64,000 nt of DNA from Carcharhinus amblyrhynchos. Its lineage: Eukaryota. Of the stretch, positions 24,536-37,499 are shown piece by piece (position 1 is the first letter of the stretch; each line of letters opens with the position of its first letter). Below the pieces are notes generated by a model. The model saw only the letters and a program-made list of their open reading frames with translations. It did no database searches and was not told the origin of the DNA. A program made the position numbers and the translations under genes. The stretch is from positions 106,578,001 through 106,642,000 of the forward strand of contig OZ336870.1 of NCBI GenBank assembly GCA_965287045.1, written 5' to 3'.

Positions 24536-24929
24536 CTAGCTTCCTGGGGCTATTTCCCATATATTGAACACATATTATAATTAGGTTGTGTTTGCTGCCA
24601 ATGGCGTCTTTGTTGCCACTATCTTTAGAGGGAATGCTGTGTGAGAAGGTGCATGTATGGTTATTATTGGCCCTAGAATGGGAAATATTACAATGCTGGC
24701 AGCATCAAGTTACTGGTGCTTCTCAAACAAATTACAGACAATACAAAATCTATATGGAAACTCAGTACCCCAAACCTAGCATTATTGATATGGTTGGCAT
24801 AACAATGCCAACAAAAACAACAGATAACAAAACAGCATAAATATCTAAAAATCAGAAAGCATGGCAGTGGTTTACATTACTCCATTATTAAATTGTCACT
24901 TGGAATTCTGTGAAAAATGGTTTCACAGC

Positions 24930-25140
24930 AAGGTGGCACGTTGGTCAGCAGTGCTGCCTCACTGTGCCGGGAACCCGGGTTCAACTGCAGCGATGGGTGA
25001 CTGTCTGTGTGGAGTTTGCATTTTCTCCTCGTGTCTGCGTGGGTTTCATCTGGGTGCTCCAATTTCCTCCCACAGTCCAAGGATGTGCAGGTTAGGTGGA
25101 TTGACCATGATAAATTGCCCTTAATGTCCCAGGATGTGTG
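24930..25140 (+). mobile_element. HE1/V-SINE-type SINE
   Basis: GGTGGCACGTTGGTCAGCAGTGCTGCCTCAC...GTGTGGAGTTTGCATTTTCTCCTCGTGTCTGCGTGGGTTTC. Confidence 0.85.
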
Positions 25141-25767
25141 GGTAGTATTCATCTAGAAATATATAGATATCCCAATCCACTCTGTCACTGGCACAAACGT
25201 GCCTATGCCACAGGCAGGCACAAACTCTAATATTGCCAACCTAACGGCACAGTGTCATCAAGCTATGCCAGTAACTGGCTGGTCCATCAAAGAAAATGAA
25301 AACATTTATTTAACAATTGCACATATGACTAAAAATGGAGACTTTTCAATGGAATGCTCAAAAGCACTGAACACATCTAGATTAATCAGCTTCAGTCTAA
25401 TAGAAGGTGACAGTTGCTGGAGGTGCATTGCAGAGTCGGGGACATTGATTCATTTCCTCTGATGTGGCACAAAGAATAAATAATAATAAAACATACAAAA
25501 CCCTTGTACAAAAATTCTCCAAGTGACCTGATTGTTCTGTTAGCTAAAGAAAAAACACTCCTACTATCGCTCAGAGGCCTCTGATGATCTTGATAACTTA
25601 ATCTTTAGAAGTTGAAATCCCCAGATTAATTAATGAATTGCTGAATGTAAAGTTTCGGTTAGAGGAAAAAGGGCAGTGTCAAACACCAGGGCATGATTTT
25701 TAACTCAGCTGTAATATCTATACCCCTGGAGACGCAGTAATAATACCAGAACAAAGGAGATGAATAC

Positions 25768-25890
25768 TGGGATTTTACCGCCTCACTCAGGTGAGATTGG
25801 AAAATTCCCACCTGAGGTCAATGGAGATTTCCGTTGTCGGACCCTCGCCCGCTCCAATTCCATGGCGGGCAAGGTGGTATGGTTCCATCG
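25768..25890. mobile_element. Short palindromic MITE (Harbinger-like)
   Basis: GGGATTTTACCGCC terminus and internal CC..CCTGAGGTCAATGGA core, shared with 21708-21842 and 38769-38903. Confidence 0.5.
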
Positions 25891-26309
25891 ACAAGCCACC
25901 TTAAAATCATAAAATAACAGGTAAGAGGGTGAGAGGTAATATCCAGTTCCCTGCAATACCATGAAGCTTGTGTAACAAATGGCTTGATTTTGGTAACCAC
26001 GTAGATTATTTTCTGTATCTTACATAATGTTCATGGAATAAATGATGAAATTATCTCACCAAGAAGTGTATGCTTCTGAAAATTCCAGTGGAAGAATTGC
26101 GCACAATTCATAACCAGGAAAATAAAGCAACTTGTTGAAAATAAACCAATCTGACAACTTTGTTGGTTTTTGATTACGCAGGTCCTGGGTTTCATAGAAT
26201 CATAGAAGTTTACATAATGGAAGGAGGGCATGCAGCCCATTGTCTCCATGCCTATTCTTAAGGAGCAATCCAGCTTAATCCTACTTTCCAGCTCTTGGGT
26301 GCTTGTGAT

Positions 26310-27345
26310 AAAGGGATGGCAAATATCATGGGTGATTTTAATCTATACGTATTGGAAAAATCAGATTGGCAGTGGCAACCCAAATGCAGAGTTCATAGAT
26401 TACTTTGAACATAAAAATAAGGATTTCCTGCTTCAGATATTTAGAACATTAGCGAAACCACAGATAGGATTCTTCGGCCTCCCAGCCGCATGTTTCTTGG
26501 CGGTATGCCATTCACTGGCAGTGGAATGTCTGGGCCTACCACTGTTAATGGGATTTCCTGTTGAAGTCACCCCACATGACCAGGAAACACATGGGTGGGA
26601 GCGCATTGCCAGCAGGACTAGAACATCCCACCATTAGTGGGCGGCTGGAGAATCCCACCTCACATCTTGAATATTGTGCGGCTTTGGTCACCTTATTTAT
26701 GAAGCATGTAAATGCAATGGAGGTGAATCAGAGGGGGCTTACTAGATTGATACCTGGAATAAGCAGTTTGGCTTATCAGGATAGGTTGGACAGACTGGGC
26801 TCGCTTCCATTTGAGTTTAGAACAGTGAGTGGTGATTTGATTGAAATATGTAAGGTCCTGAATCGTATTGACAAAGTGAACACAGAAATGATGTTTCCTC
26901 TCATAGAGGGTGCCATTTTAGGACAGAGATGAGGAAAATATTTTTCTATGAGGGTCATGTGATTCAAAAACTCTCTGCCTCAGAAGGCAATGGTGGGGAG
27001 TGGCCATTGCATATCTTTAAGGCAAAGAAAGATTCAGGTTAGGCAAGGGAATCAAATGTTATCAGCAGTAAGTGGGAATGTTGAATTCAAAACAGAAATG
27101 TATCAGCCATGATCTTATTGAATGGTGTGGAAAGCTCAAGGGGCTGAATAGGTTATTTTTGCTCTTATTTCATATTTTTGTACAAATCGTCCACAGTTTT
27201 GTAGGTAATTAGATTTTGAGTACATTTTCAAGTACTTTTTAAATGTTATGATGGCTTCTGCCTCTGCCACCCTTTCAAACAGTGAGTTCCAGATCTCCAT
27301 CACCCTCCGAATGAAAAGGTTTCCCTTCATATGCCTCTAAAACTC
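26310..27345. mobile_element. CR1 fragments (+ 26310-27170, - 27170-27345) with a MITE at 26462-26659
   Basis: IMGDFNL (APE); LTRLIPGISSLAYQDRLDRLG..GDLIEICKVL (CR1 ORF2); reverse-strand RRVMEIWNSL..AEAIITFKKYL. MITE termini are GGATTCTTC / GGAGAATCCC. Confidence 0.7.
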
Positions 27346-29423
27346 CTACATTTTTATCTTCACCCTGGTTGAGGACCCCATCTTCCATACTTTCCCTACC
27401 AATGATCCAAAATTGCTTTGATTTTCTGCTGCGCAGTTGTGTCTGTCAGTTGGGTTTACCCACTTTCATCTTTAACCAAGATTCAATCACAGGATGCCTT
27501 GTGATAGTGAAGGATATTACTTTCTCCAGTCATGGGTAAATCTGTCTTCTCACTCTGTTAAAATTGCAATTCCTGTTGGATGCTGTAATGGCTCAGGAAG
27601 TCTGACTGGGAAGGAACATAGTTTATCACAGAATGCAAAGTTAAACCACTATAGTGGTGTACACACATACCTGGGACTATGTTCAGCAGGCCCAGTACTG
27701 GGCCTGGGAACTCACATTCAACAAACCCCACAGGGAGATCAATCAGCGATTCCCTATTGACCTCATGGGAGTTATCACGGAAGGTTGAAGAAGCACAATC
27801 TCTTCAAATCTGTAAGGAGGATTCTTAGATCCTCTGGACTATACAAACTTAAGTGATATCATTCAAATCCCTTTTTCTAATTCACAAACATTATAGAATT
27901 ATTAAATGAGAAGCCAACACCAGAATTTGGTTTCAAGTCTGTTCTCAATGCTCCTTATTGAGTAAAAATATAATGGACAAAATTTACACAGTGTTCAGGT
28001 ATACTCACTCTCACCCAGTGAGTGTGCCTTCCATGGGTCAAGTGAATTTGTGGAACTGGTGACCAGCCAAATTTCTCTTCCTGCCTCTGTCTGCGCATCA
28101 GTTGTCTTCTTTCTTCTTCTTCTGATGGCTGAAAGCTGACAGGTTTTATATCTTTCTTTACTATGGGATTCTTCTCACCTAGGTCAGATTGAGTGACCAC
28201 AGTGATCTGATCAATAGGCTGGTGATCTCATTCACTAAGGCCGCAATTTACAGCGATCAAATTAGTTCAGTACCTCAACAATTTATACCCTGGCTTTTAT
28301 ACTTAGGTAGAATTGATTATTTATTATAATAGGGCACAGTAATTGCTGAAACAGAACAAATATCAGTATTTGATAATGCAAAATAGTTTAATGGCTAAGT
28401 GATCCTTTTGCTTCTATGTAGTTTGCTGAGATCAACTAAATTGTTCCGTGGTTTAAATAGCTTCTAATGTATGTATAAGTTAATTGAACAATTAACGACA
28501 AGTCTATGGCATGTACAGCAATGTAGAGATAAAGTATTGTTTATTTTGAGAATGCAGTGTTCTGGTGAAGAAAGAAATACAAAATCTAATTGAAATAATT
28601 GGTCTGATTTGTCATGTTGTTTCATAATACATAAAGTTCTATTCGAGTGTTTATAGTATACCATGATTGGAGTTGTATCACGACAGTATCTTAGTAAGCA
28701 CAAGTTCTTACTATTGTGCTTTAACTTACAAGCAGGTAATACCTAATTGGTTAACCTCACTTCTGAATGAAAGAATGAGACAGAAATAATGTTGCGGTAC
28801 TGAAGGCTAATCACAGAGAACGACGTCTTATGTTTTTTAAGCCTGGGGAATGATGAAATGTGACTTGAGCGTATACTGATGAATTGTCCAACTCACAGCT
28901 TGTGACTATATAAGTGGAGTGTTAGCATTTACCAAGAACTGACTTGCAGTCGTCATGATGAAATTGTTCATTCAACACCAGCTACAGCTTTTGACGGAGG
29001 CATGAACTGATCAGGTTAATCTCACAATGATGAATATCATGAGTAATTAATCAGACAGGAAGTGAATTCGAAATGGACTAAGCATGTCACCCACAGTAGA
29101 GGTCCAACACATCAGGGATCAAGAAAAGTGCTTCCTCTGCAAACATACAAAACCAGCAATGATCTCGTTTGGACTGATATGATTAATGTTTCAGGGACTA
29201 ATTTCTCCATTTAAAACAATGGAAATTCTGCTGTTAAGTATAAAAGTGGGAGGAATGAGATCCAGGCCCTGATATCTACTTTCCAATTTTATCAATCTCT
29301 GCACACTCATAGCAAAAAATCAACCAATGAAAGGAAACATCTTTGAGCATTCTCAGGATTTGAGCCTAAGGATATATGAAACAGGAAAAAACAAAAAACA
29401 GAGAAACTACGGGCAAATTTAGG

Positions 29424-29505
29424 GAAAAGCTCTTTGGAAATTCCTCTTTGATCTGCAAAGACAAGAAAAGCTCTTAGGAAATTCCTCTTTGATCTGCAAA
29501 GACAA
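29424..29505 (+). repeat. 41-bp tandem duplication (2 copies, 1 mismatch)
   Basis: GAAAAGCTCTT(T/A)GGAAATTCCTCTTTGATCTGCAAAGACAA x2. Confidence 0.95.
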
Positions 29506-32500
29506 TCAAATGAGTTCCAGGAGACCACCAGTAAGTGGATGATGCAGCCTCCAATGCAAACCCCAATGACACATCCACTTCAGTCTTGAGAAATTTTAAA
29601 ATTTTGTACAGTGTGCTGTCAAAGGCTTTTCACAACGACGATGTGGGTTGCACTTGTAGTGAGCTGGCATGGATGTGATGGACCCAATGGTCATCATTGG
29701 CCACCAATGGGACCAGAACTAAGTCAATAGTTATTTGCGTTGCTCGCCAGTCGTGCCTCTGGGGAACTCACCCCAGGGGAAGGGCGGGGTGGGCTGGTGG
29801 GGGTCACCTTCAGTGAGACCAGAAGAACTCACTGGCGAGAGGGGCTGGAAAATTCCAGTCCTTGTCTTTCAAGTTTGTCTTACAGTATATTTCTTGTGAT
29901 TGTTTCTAGCAATGTGTCTACAGCTAAAATCACATTGCTGGGCCGATAGTTTTCCTGTTTTGATTTATTATCCTTCTTAAATTTTGGTATCACATGGTCC
30001 CTTTTCCAGTCCACGGGAACAATCCCATATCCCCTCAAATAACTAAATTATTGAGCAAATAATTTATTTAAGCACACAGCAGTCCAATTTTATATCATCA
30101 CCAATCCTACAAAGGAACCTATTTTATATTCATGCTAACCCAGCATCATCTTGAGTAAAGAATAGCCATTTAAAATCTATGCCATATCCTGAATTCCACA
30201 CAAACCCTCCCTGGAAAATCCTTAAATGACCCTGGACAGTCTTTTTTGGCTTTCTGCCTCTGAACATAGCTGAGAGTTGTCAACAAATTCCACTTGGAGC
30301 TTCAGCAGCACATCAGGGAAACCCTGGGCTGAACCCTGGAAGGGAATGCCACGACCAAACAATGCTTGACAAGGCTACCCCGCAGAAATAATTGGGTGGC
30401 CTTAGGCTGGTAAGGGTCAGATTTCCATCCCCCACAGTGGGTAAAGTTCCTACTCTTGAGAACTATGAGCCAACCTGAATGGCTGGTGACTCTTAGCAAC
30501 TCCAGCAGCATCAGAGCTCTGTCATGGGCACTGCTGGGACTGCAAGGAGGCCAACAAAGATGTTCAATTGACCCTAAACTAAAGTGAGTGCAGGACTTTT
30601 AGGGTGGGAAACGTTGGGGAGCCTATGAAGAGGAATAAAGGAGACTGCTTTTGAAGGCCAGGTGGGGAGAAACATAGAGGAGAGTAGCATCTTGGGATAG
30701 GGCCCCAAATGGACACAGGGCATCCCTCAAAAGATGCATCTCCTCTACCTTCCTGCTTTCTCCACAAAGTTTTGTAAAGAATGGCCTTATGAATCTTGCC
30801 CGTCTGCCCGTGCCAACCCTTTTATGATATGGCAGTGAATTATTTGGGTCAATTGGCTTGTTAACAAGCTCAGTTGGCCATTAATTATTAAAAATGACAG
30901 ACAGGCTTCCACTTTTGGCACCCACTTACCATACTACAGGAACTGATTTGGAGCTGGGCAGAAAGGCAGTCAGCTAGCCATCAATCAAATTTTACTCTCC
31001 TCCCCCCACCTGCGGGGCTGTGACAAAATCTAGCCCCGAGAGAAATGGTAAGAGGTTTGAAATGGTCACTCACGTCACTTCTTAAGGTTCAGTTGAAATT
31101 AACAGCAGGAGGTTGGGACAACGCCCATGGATATTCAGGACCAACAACATTGACAGTGAAAAATCCCATATAATTGTGTTAAAAATTTTATTTCCACTTT
31201 GGCATTTGTGAAGGTCTGCATATTCTCCTGTCAGTGCCATTTACTGTTGCATGTTCAGTTTTCCCTGTTCTGTTCCAGATTTGGTACCTATGCCAATGAA
31301 GAAATTTAACAGAAACCTCCAGACCTTGAACATGCACAAATCTAATTCACCTTGCAGATAAAAGATGGCTTTTGTTTGTTTTGAAGCAACTTGATCAATT
31401 ATGTTTTAACTTCTTTGAGACTGAATAAATGCCAAGCTTACTGAAAATCTAAGGACTTCCTGGACAACATCTTGTGTGTTGGAAACAGCAAATCCTGAAA
31501 ACAATGAAAAGTCTCAATATTTTGTTTCTCTAACTTGGAGAATTCAATGAAAAATTATTGCTGCAGAGCATTTGGTTTCAAACATGTATGCTGGTGCTGT
31601 TCATAATTGAGTAAAATATGTATGTTCAACTATATCAAAAACTTAGATTCAAGCATCAAAATATTTGAATGGCAAATGATGATTCAGACATCATGCAAAG
31701 TAAAGTTGTGCCTTAAGTGTCTATTTTGACTGGTGCGTAATATTGTTTCCAGTTCAGTAAATAAAGATAATGGTTGGTTTCTGCAGTGGCGCAGACACTT
31801 CATCTCCTCTGACTGAACATGCTTTAAATACCTTGAACTTTCTGACCTGGTTGGGATATATGCTATAAAGAAAGTTATGTAGGTCTGAGTTGTGATTATT
31901 TTTAAACATAGACTCCTAAAGATTTACAATGGGGGAAGCTTGTCTATTACTTGAATTCATTCTATATTGTAAGAAGCACCCGAAGTGTGGGGCACTTGGA
32001 GAAAATAATTTGGCTTGCTTCCAAAGAATTGGACTCACGTTATACATATATGGTATAGAACAAAAGTTTTACTGGTTTCTTCTTCACTGAACTGAAGAAC
32101 CCATAAATGAGAGTTGGTTTGTCTTATTGAAATGCATTCAGCTGACACTGTATATTTCAACAGTATATATTTCCTTCACAAACTCAAATGGTTCAACAGC
32201 TCTGGCAAACGTTTAGCTACATTTAAAATGTATTTTTATTTTAGAGTTGGTTTGGCTTGGCAAGTTACACGGAAGACCCTTGGGTATGTTGTACTTGTAA
32301 TGAGGAGTGACGGTAATTAAGTTCAGACTGGAATTCATGAATGTCAATTAGCTTTTTGAATGATTTAACTCCATTTTGGTTGCATGCAGGTAAAAAGAAT
32401 TTAAGGCAGCCAACCAGTCCGACAGAAGTCAGGAAGAGCTCAATAGATTTTCATGCCTTTTTCATTTGGAAAGAAAAAAGAACAAAACTATAAATGTCGC

Positions 32501-33658
32501 TCACTGCCTGAAGGGCTGAAGTATTTATTACAGATCAGGGATGCCATTCAGCCCATCCAGCTTTTCCTTCATTAAATCCATATACTGCCCTGCACTGGCA
32601 GTCCCCATCATCAGATCCAACTGCTTCTTGAATTGTGCCATGGGTCATGCCCCGACTGCCTTGCCCACACTGTTCACTTTCTGGATGTTGAATTTGTTGT
32701 ATTTCCAAAACCTAGGGCCAGATTTTGTTACTGCGTCGAGTAGCATGACTTTGGAAATTTCCCAATCCCACAGATTTGCCTCAGTTTAAAGATCCCTGGC
32801 TACATAAGTTTTTCAATCCGGGAGACAGGGTGCAAGATGGAGTCGGGAACCTGAAAGTTGATGCTAGGGTGCCAGGTGGGGTTTGGCAAGTGCTGAAGTA
32901 GCCTGTTTAGGAGGCTGGCTTTGGTTCTTTGAGACTTTGTCCCAGATGGAATAAAAGCAGTAAAGCCCTCTAGCCCTCATCACCCAAACACTCCTTATGG
33001 TCCCTCATGTTTTCCATGCCAACTCATGACCCATCCATGCCTATTAACGCAGTCTGCATTACATACATAACTAATGAAGCAATAGAATAACAATGGCAAG
33101 TATGTAACCATTAAGGAAAAAAACACCATTCAGAAATGTTCATTGAAAAAAATAGCTGCTGTTTCTACAGCTCAATAAAAGTGCCAATCAAACAGACCAT
33201 TAAAACATCATTAACAGAGGCTTTAAACACTACACACTTCTTAATCCTGTTCAAATAGACATTGAGATATTGACGAAAGAGATCACAGAAATAACAACTT
33301 ATTATAACCACTTAGAGATGTCCATGAAGCAAAGTCAATAATTCAATTCACTTGACAAAACAAATTCCCTGCTGAGTGAATCTTTTATTGGTCTCAGCTA
33401 GGCATACATAATGAGGTGGAAACCCAGATGACCCTGTCCTCATTATGAATGCTCTTTCACTGTCTCATTGCTTATTTAGAGAAGCTCAAGAATGAGTATG
33501 GTTAAGACTTTTTGAGTTCACTTTCCCGAAAGCAGAATATGATTCATGAATTCTCTGAGGGGTGTGGGGCTAGGAGATGCCTACCCCTGCAATGGACCAG
33601 GCCACGTTGGGAGTGCAGGCTCACCACCCTTTATCATGAGCTTGGCAAAACAGAGGAT

Positions 33659-33736
33659 AACACAGTAAGAAGTCTCGGTGTTGTGAGACTTCTTACTGTG
33701 TTTACCCCAGTCCAACGCCAGTATCTCCACATCATG
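33659..33736 (+). mobile_element. Minimal Penelope-like 3' end inserted as a hairpin with 12-bp TSD
   Basis: 18-bp perfect inverted repeat 33659-33676 / 33685-33702, tail CCCCAGTCCAACGCCAGTATCTCCACATCATG, flanked by AAAACAGAGGAT at 33647-33658 and 33737-33748. Confidence 0.8.
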
Positions 33737-35076
33737 AAAACAGAGGATGGCAGGAATGGCAATTGGAATCATGGATCTGCCTGTTATTTCTACATGGTTC
33801 TGGAGTTGTTCCAGCTTTTATAATATGACCCATTTTGTTTTTATTTTTGTTGTTGTCTCTTGTTAATCAGTATGTTCCCCGTTACTGCCTTCATTAAGTT
33901 TCATCTGGAAGTAACTGGGACTATATTCCATGGGAGTCAGAAAGGAAGAATTCTGTTGCTTGATTGTGTGTAAATCAAAAGAAGGGACTTGGTATAACAG
34001 AGAAAGAATAGGAGAAGCTGTCTACATGATTGCATGTATAAGGAATAATGTTTAGTAAGCTGCCATCTAAACAGTTAAAGAGGATCGGTGATTATTACTG
34101 AAGCGATGCAGAATTAACCATATCTGTTTTAAGTTACGTTCTGGAAGTCTGGTGAAGAAACGGTACTTTAATATATTGGAACTGTACAGTAAAATAAAAT
34201 CTGTTTATTGTACAATGAGTACTTGAGTTTGGCAAGTTGCTTTCCAGTTTAGATGTGGCTTGTTAAATAGTGTTTTTGAAATAATATATCATGTTAAAAT
34301 TTGCAGAGAGTGTTATGCCTAACTGTCAATAATCTTTAGTTAATCCTGGATGGGGGTGTTGGGGAGGGAGGATTAGTAGAAATAGTATGCTCAGACTGGG
34401 TCAATCGTGAACCCTCCATTTACTGGCTCTGCATTATTTTAGAAAATAAGTTATGACCACAGAGACTATCCTGAGGGTTGAGGCCCTCTCATTGCCAACA
34501 AGGTTTGAAAGGGGTTCTTAAGCAGATGGTAGACTTATGCGTCAGAATTTTCTGGCTGTTCTCACAAGGTCCCGCTGATGGCAAACCCCCACCATGGATT
34601 TCCCAGAGGCAGGGACGTGCATTGAATGGGAAACCCCAATGACAGTAATAGGATCAGAAGATCCCATCATTGGCAATGGCGAGCTGCCTCTGCTACTGCG
34701 AAACATGGATACGGAAGATCATACCTCAAGATGCAATTTTAAGGGGCTGAACACCATCTGTATGTCTGTTCAGGATGCCTGAAAAATGGACCCCACCAAA
34801 ACGTAAACAAAGCCTGTATAGAATCAAGGCACATTATCCTACTATTAAATTGGTATATTTTGCACATGCTTTATACCTGAAAATAGTTGCAGTACACAAT
34901 ATTCATATCATCTATGAAGGCTGCCTATAGCCAAAGAATGATCCTTCATGGGATGTGAGTCAATGACTAGGTCAGCATTTATTTCCCACCCCTAATTGTC
35001 CTTGAGAAGGTGTCAGTGAACTGCCTTCTTGAATCCACTGCAGTCCCTGTAGTGTAGGTATATCCACAGTGCTGTT

Positions 35077-35332
35077 AAAGTTTATTTATTGGTCACAAGT
35101 AAGTCATACCTTAACACTGCAATGAAGTTACTGTGAAATTCCCCTATTCGCCACAATCCGGCGCCTGTTCAGGTCAATGCACCTAACAGCACATTTTCAG
35201 AATGTGGGAGGTAACTTACACAGGCACAGGGAGAACGTGCAAACTTCACACAAACAGTGACCCAAGCCAGAAATTGAACCCGGGACCCTGGCACTGTGAA
35301 GCAACAGTGCTGACCACTGTGCCGTCGTGCTG
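35077..35332 (-). mobile_element. HE1/V-SINE-type SINE nested in a LINE 3' fragment (~34945-35640)
   Basis: Same head/core/tail as the 21973 copy. The flanking LINE reads TCCACAGTGCTGTT|...AGGGAGTGAGTTCTTGGTTTTGACCCA. Confidence 0.85.
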
Positions 35333-35547
35333 CAGTAAGAAGTCTGACAACACCTGGTTTTAGTCCAACCGATTTATTTGATAGTAAACGCACAAACTTT
35401 CGGGTTAGTCCCTTCGTCAGGACCTGACGAAGGGACTAACCCGAAAGCTTGTGCGTTTACTATCAAATAAATCGGTTGGACTAAAACCAGGTGCTGTCAG
35501 ACTTTTTACTGTGTTTACCCCAGTCCAACGCCAGCACATCCACACCA
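35333..35547. mobile_element. Penelope-like fold-back insertion with two opposed hammerhead cores
   Basis: 89-bp arms 35333-35421 / 35423-35511 (3 mismatches) centred on A35422. Each arm carries CTGACGA-AGGGACTAACC-CGAAAG. Flanked by CC(G/A)TCGTGCTGC. Confidence 0.85.
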
Positions 35548-35877
35548 TCGTGCTGCCCCAGAGTGAGTTTGGGAATTAGGGAGTGAGTTCTTGGTTTTGA
35601 CCCAACGTCAGTGAAAGAATAAGTAAGGAAGCTGTATATTTGAGGTTTCATTTTTTTGTTACCACAGGTTTTAAACTGCCGTACTTGGTAGCAGCAATGG
35701 TTTGTAAAATGTTGTGGACTAAAGGTGGGATTCAAATTACCATTTAATTATCTAATTCATTATTTTGGGAACTGATAAAACTTTACTCCCAAAAGTGTCA
35801 GTTAAGCATTCTAGGTGTACTGGAATGGAACAAATTTCTCCTCTGTGGATGTATTGAATGGATTCAGCATTTGGATC

Positions 35878-36122
35878 TGGAGTTTGCTCATTCTCCCCAT
35901 GTATGTGTGGGTTTCCTCCGGGTGCTCCAGTTTCCTTCCACAGTCCACCAATGTGCAGGTTAGGTGAATTTGCCTTGCTAAATTACCCTTTAGTGTCAGG
36001 ATGATTAGCTAGGGTAAATGCACAGGGTTACGGGGATAGGGCCTGGGTGGGATTATGATCGGTGCAGACTCGATGGGCCGAATGGCCCCCTTCTGCACTG
36101 TAAGGATTCTATGACTCTATGA
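35878..36122 (+). mobile_element. HE1-type SINE, 5' truncated, with CR1-derived tail
   Basis: TGGAGTTTGCTCATTCTCCCC...GGTGCAGACTCGATGGGCCGAATGGCCCCCTTCTGCACTGTAAGGATTCTATGA. Confidence 0.85.
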
Positions 36123-36456
36123 TTTAAATGAATGGCAATATATTTCCATGTCAGGATGGTGAGTGATTTGGAGGGAAACTTCAAGGTGGTGGTGTTCCCA
36201 TTTATCTGTAACAGAAACATCAATATTTTTGTGAATGTAACAATACAGAATTTTAAATGAGTTAGTGAAAACCACACTAAGGGCAAATACTATGTATTCA
36301 GTAAGCTTATTAAAGCAACTGTCATAGTCTTTGTATTTTCTGCTTTAAAAAAGATAAATCCAAAAACAATTTAGTTGAAAGCATGGCCGAATTAGAATTT
36401 GTTTAAATTGACTTTTACCCTGTTGCACTGAAACTAAAATGTCTGTCTTCTGCTGG

Positions 36457-36474
36457 TGGCCTCTAGAGGGAGCT
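36457..36474 (+). promoter_or_regulatory. Candidate CTCF site
   Basis: TGGCCTCTAGAGGGAGCT fits the CTCF consensus TGGCCACYAGRGGGCGCT. Confidence 0.4.
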
Positions 36475-37461
36475 CTTGCAAGTTTCCTGGGTATGTTTTT
36501 CTCGTTTCTATTGGTGCAACCATTGGTGCAAAATCTGTGTATAATAAGTGCAAGTGGATGAATTGCCTGGATGTATCTGTGCAACGTTTAAAAGAGCAAA
36601 TCAGTCTGACATCTTTTTAGTGATAAGCCATGGGGCAAATTTCCCATGTGCTACCCTTGCTTCCACGGCTTCTCATACCCTCCATGCCAATGCATTCCCT
36701 TCTACTCACTCTCATGGCCCTTTATAGCCCCAAGCCAACTGAGTGACAACCTATGCCCCCAACCATCACCATTTGCCCTTCCACCCTCAGGAAATATGCT
36801 GAGATGAGAAGATAAAATAAAGTTGGGTCTGTTGAAAAATTCACAATTTCAAAAATAAAAACGCATTCACTACATTTAACTTCCATTCATCCCTAACATA
36901 AAACAAGCATTGGAATTCATAGTCCCACTCAAAATCTATAACCACTTGGAGCTCTCAATCAAACTGTGAACTGAGAAGCACCCCATTGTAATAATAATGC
37001 ATCACTAATCCGGTTATGAGAGACTTATGTGAACATATAGTGTAAAATATCAAACACTGAGTTTTTTTCAAACATTGCAGACTTTTTTCCTAAATATTTA
37101 AAGAACAGCTTGACAGTTATTTTTGACAATTTCAATGAGCTTGACAGTTTAACTGGCTTATGCATATTTTATGCATATTCATGTCTACTTTTAACAATCC
37201 CAAAGGGCATCTAATCTCTCCCAAAGGGATTCCAGGATCACATCCATCTTTAAAGGGCGCCCCAATCAAAACCTGAGTAAACCACACCCCCTCCCCAGCC
37301 CACCACAGAAATCTCAGGGATCCCTCTACCCACTCCCAATCATTGTCAGCACTTCTCTACCTATCCCAATCACTGGCCTCTTCTCCTCCCACCACCCTCT
37401 CTGATCATTGGCATCATCTCAGCTTCTCACCCCCACTCCACCCACCATGCCCCCTCCCTTC

Positions 37462-37463
<2 letters not shown>

Positions 37464-37499
<36 letters not shown>
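37464..37499 (+). repeat. (CA)n microsatellite
   Basis: About 15 CA units. Confidence 0.95.
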
